Source: the human T2T-CHM13v2.0 reference genome, Homo sapiens. From it: DNA of 64,000 nucleotides. The notes under the pieces are model-generated. The model saw only the letters and a list, made by a program, of their open reading frames with translations, was not told the origin of the DNA and made no database searches. Positions 60,568 to 64,000 of this stretch are shown one piece after another. The number at the start of each line of letters is the position of its first letter. Positions within the stretch are counted from its first letter, which is position 1. A program made the position numbers and the translations under genes. The DNA lies in the NCBI RefSeq assembly GCF_009914755.1, contig NC_060925.1; one strand, written 5' to 3'.

Positions 60568-60659
60568 CTTGTCCTTGCCCTTCGGAAACACTTGCTGCCT
60601 GAGATCTTCATATTGGTTGACACCATCATCGACCCCATGGTTCTCCTGCAATTCTCTAC
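60568..60659 (-). CDS. Copy C cytoplasmic exon 1
   Basis: Acceptor ttttctcag, donor AAG|gtaagg, 92 nt, phase 1-0. Encodes GRELQENHGVDDGVNQYEDLRQQVFPKGKDK. Confidence 0.7.
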
Positions 60660-60854
60660 CTGAGAAAATCAAAGCTTGAATCTGTGCCATAGAAACCTGT
60701 ATCCCTCCCCACTGCCACGAACCCCAAGGCCAAGGTCACACCCACCATCCCTCTGCAGAGTCCACTCCCTGGAAGAAAAATTCAGGAGAAAGGAAGCTGG
60801 GGTTCTAGTGAGGGAGTGGAGGTGTCTGGGTATGGAAGGAGAAATTCAACTTGC

Positions 60855-60989
60855 CTCTTCCTATATTCATCATCATCTTCTTCTTCTTCCCACATGTCTT
60901 CAAAAGATACAGCCCAGTTCCCAGGACCAACAGCATACCCACAACAGCCCCTAGGATGCCTGGGAGCAGTCTAACCATGTTGTGTGAAC
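60855..60989 (-). CDS. Copy C transmembrane exon
   Basis: Acceptor ...aaacag (in-frame alternative 6 nt upstream), 135 nt, phase 1-1. Encodes GSHNMVR-LLPGILGAVVGMLLVLGTGLYLL-KTCGKKKK (hydrophobic helix then basic stop-transfer). Donor is AG|gcaagt (GC-AG type). Confidence 0.75.
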
Positions 60990-61848
60990 CTGTTTCTGTC
61001 ACATGGGGAGAGTGGAAAATGTTAAGGCAGGAGGTAACTTGAGATACTCATTGCCAAGAGGAGACAGAGGGAGAAAGCAGGTGGAGCAGTGGGAAGGAGC
61101 CTGGTGCCAAAGCTGAAGAGGGAGGAGCATGGCAGATCCATTCATTCAACTGGTTAGGAGCTGCTGCTTGGTACCAGGGATGCTGAGATGCACAAGACAA
61201 TGTCCACAGCAACCCAGCACACAGGAAAGAAGACAGAAAATACCAACTTACAGACAGAGGGATCGCAGCTGCAATAGTGGTTTCCACCTTGTACAAGGTC
61301 TTCAGGGAGGACCTCCCAGAGGAGGTGCTGGCTAAAGTGAGGCTTAAGGGCGAGTGTGAGATTCTCAGATATTCAGGATGGGGGAATTCAAGGAAATAGG
61401 AGCACCAAGTTCGGGAAATGTTTGTGTCAAAACACCAGCCCTGGGAGTTGCCGGCACCCCACTGTAGCAGGAGAGAGACAGAGCAGGGAGGAGCTGTGGC
61501 AAGGGGAGTCAGACGGAGGCAAGAGTCTGTGCCCGGAGGGCCTTGTGGTCATGCTAAGTGCTGAACACTCCAGGATGGGGGTGAGGGAGGAGGTGGCAGG
61601 CAGTTTAAAGTGATGCTGACACATCAGATCCCCCAGCAGCTCCTGGAGGGAGGGTTGGAGAGGATGAGGCTGCACACAGGGTATCATTCATTCAGTGAAT
61701 ACTGCTTGTGAGCAAATGTTGCCAGGAGCTATGCTTGGCACAGGGATTCAAAGGAAAACATCAAGACATTGCAGTCTACAGGGCAGACAGTGACATAAAC
61801 AGGTCATTGCTACTCAGTGTGAGGTGCCATGGAGGTGGGGCCTGAGGG

Positions 61849-62022
61849 CAGGACCAGATACATCATTTTCAGGGCCCTGTGCAATGCAAATTTAAATTCC
61901 CTTGATTAAAAAGGATTAAAAACTTCAAGGAAGGAATAGCAGAGTTTTAACCAATTGTGGAATCCTGTGAAGTGTGGGACCCTGTGTGACTGCATCTGTC
62001 TTGTGCCCATAAAGCCTGTCAT
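61849..62022 (-). mobile_element. MER45A-like hAT element in copy C intron
   Basis: caggaccagatacat...gggccctgtgcaa...gggaccctgtgtgactgca...gcccataaagcc. Confidence 0.65.
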
Positions 62023-62591
62023 AGCTTAGAGGAATGCTTGGAAAGGAATGAAAGAGGAAGTATCAGTCACTGGGTGTGGGAGGGCTGATGGGGTAAGAAA
62101 CAGCATGCTCAGAAGCTCAGAAGCTTACAGAAAGCAGGACATATTTTGGGAAATAAAAGAAAGGAGTTTGGTGTGAAGTGCACAGGTAAAGCCAGAAACA
62201 TGGGCAAAGGAGCATCTGAGCCCCGAATTCCATGGGGGAGTAACTGGAGGCCAGATCACACAGAAGACACAGACAACAACCCAATTTGACCCACTTTTCC
62301 CAAAGCCCACTCTGGATGTTCAGTGGAGGATGGATGGGGTGAGACAGCTCCTGGAAGGCTGCTTTCCTAATCGGCAGGGACATGGTGGGGATGTGGCGAG
62401 GAGGGTATGGCTGAGAGAGATGATTAAAGGCAGAACGAAGGTGATGTGACTCCCACACTGCTGTGTGTGGTGAGCACGTGGAAGGTGGTGCTAATGCACA
62501 TGGCAGAGAAGAGAGCCCAGAACCCTCAGACCCCAGTGCTACCTGAGCTTTGGCAGCCCCTCCTATCCTGCAGGCTACACTCGCCACTCAC

Positions 62592-62888
62592 CTTGGACAC
62601 AGAGTTTCCTAAGGTCTAAGACTGCAGCTTTCTGATCCACCTGGTTGCTGACCACACAGGTGAGGTGGGTGTTGCACTGGCACAGGGGCAGGTTCACAGC
62701 CAGTGTCCAGGGGTTGGGGGCTGGTCCTGGTGTTTCTCTCTGCTCCAGCTCTCTGAGGAGGCCCTTGCTCTCCCAAGTCACATTCAGGTCCTCTGTGGCC
62801 CCTGGAGCCCTACACGCCAGGGTGATGTTACACAGGTCTGGTGTGATAGACAGTGACTTTGCCAGGAACTCAGGGTGAGGCACAGGCT
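62592..62888 (-). CDS. SLAM/CD2-family-like receptor copy C: C2-type Ig domain exon (intact)
   Basis: Acceptor ...ccctctgccccag, donor CAAG|gtgagt, 297 nt, phase 1-1, no stops. Translation EPVPHPEFLAKSLSITPDLCNITLACRAPGATEDLNVTWESKG...LTCVVSNQVDQKAAVLDLRKLCVQG has the SLAM-type C2 cysteine pattern, the C-strand Trp and NIT/NVT sequons. Confidence 0.8.
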
Positions 62889-63732
62889 CTGGGGCAGAGG
62901 GGGACAAAAGAGGGTAATCTCACATGTGTGGAGAACATTGCACGTCTCAGTTTTCATAATTTTCTCATTGCAGCCATGGCATGTGCCCTATAAAGAAAGT
63001 GGGTGTATTCTACAGATGAAACACAATTTGCCCAAAGCTAAATACTGAGCAAATGAAATAAGAAGGGAAGCCACTGAGTTCAGCTCCATGTGGGTTCTCT
63101 AGATTCAACATGTCTTAAAACTGTCCCAAAGAAAACAAAATCTGGACTCTACCTTCCCAGGATGCAGGGTTTTCAGAATATCAGGGTCTTTCCAAGAAGG
63201 GGAAGAAGTCTGGGGAAGAAAAGCTTGTGCTGGACCAGGGTCCCTCCCCTGTGTCTCCAGCTGAGGCCATGCCTGAGACTGCATAGCCCTTGTGGGGCAG
63301 GACATCAGGTCAGCTCTGGGAGGCCAGAGAAAGGCCCATGATCCCTAAAGGAGACACGTCTGTGGGAGATGCGGTGATAGTGACTGGGAACAATGACTCT
63401 GAGTGTGCTTAGAAAGTGCCACTGAACCTGTGTTGCAGACAGAAGAGAAGAATCAGATTCACAGGCCAGCCTGAGAAATCACACGGGACCTAAAGCTGCA
63501 AAAGCCACTCTCTCCATGGCAGGATATTTCCCTATGCAGAGAGGAACTTTAGGGAAAGAAAGAGTTTCTAAATGGGTTCCCTAAGAAGTGTTGTGGTGTA
63601 AACTTTCTCCTACACATATGGAGGCTTTGAGAGCTAGATTTGTGGCGGCTTGTGTGACTGAGGCCGGCTTTGGGCTGGGGCTGAGTGAGAGGAGAGGGGA
63701 CTGGGAGGACTCCATTCACAGGGATTCCCAAC

Positions 63733-64000
63733 TGTGGTAGGCAGAACAGTGGCCTCCAAAATGTCTAGGGCCAATCCTCGTAACCTGGGAATAGGTTAGG
63801 CTGCTAGAGAGGAGGAATTAAGGTTGATGGCATTAAGATGGAATTAAGGTGGCTAATCAGCTGACTTTAAAATACGGAGATGATTCTGAATTCCCAAACA
63901 CTAACATCAGTGTTCTATTAGGAGACACAGGAAGATGGCCATGAGCCATGGGATGCCAGCAGCCACTAGCAGGTGGAAAAGGTGAAAAAACAAGTTCTCC
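63733..64000 (+). mobile_element. MLT1D/E-like LTR (runs off the window)
   Basis: tgtggtaggcagaa...gaattaaggtggctaatcagctgactttaaaata. Confidence 0.75.

Noticed and set aside
62889-64000. IgV exon of copy C within the window
   Set aside because: No minus-strand frame resembling the 38120 exon; the sequence is intron-like and ends in an MLT1 LTR.

Overview
Repeat-rich primate (probably human or ape) genomic DNA, identified by Alu, L1PA, MaLR and ERV1 elements. The main non-repeat signal is a cluster of paralogous SLAM/CD2-family-like immunoglobulin receptor genes. Three copies of the same C2-type Ig exon are present (25285-25582 -, 42889-43206 +, 62592-62888 -), plus a signal-peptide exon (18047 +), a partial N-terminal Ig exon (38120 +) and transmembrane exons. 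Two copies are clearly pseudogenes. The third (60140-62888, minus strand) has four phase-compatible exons (IgC2, TM, two cytoplasmic exons with YEDL and YSEV motifs) that splice into an uninterrupted 223-aa frame; its 5' exons would lie beyond the window. The window also holds a full-length L1PA and an inverted truncated L1PA sharing many non-consensus variants, a tRNA-Phe-primed HERV-F-type provirus with apparent G-to-A hypermutation and a duplicated tether/RNase H, many nested solo LTRs, and old direct and inverted duplications. Repeat subfamily names and SLAM-family assignment come from recall of consensus sequences, not from a database search.
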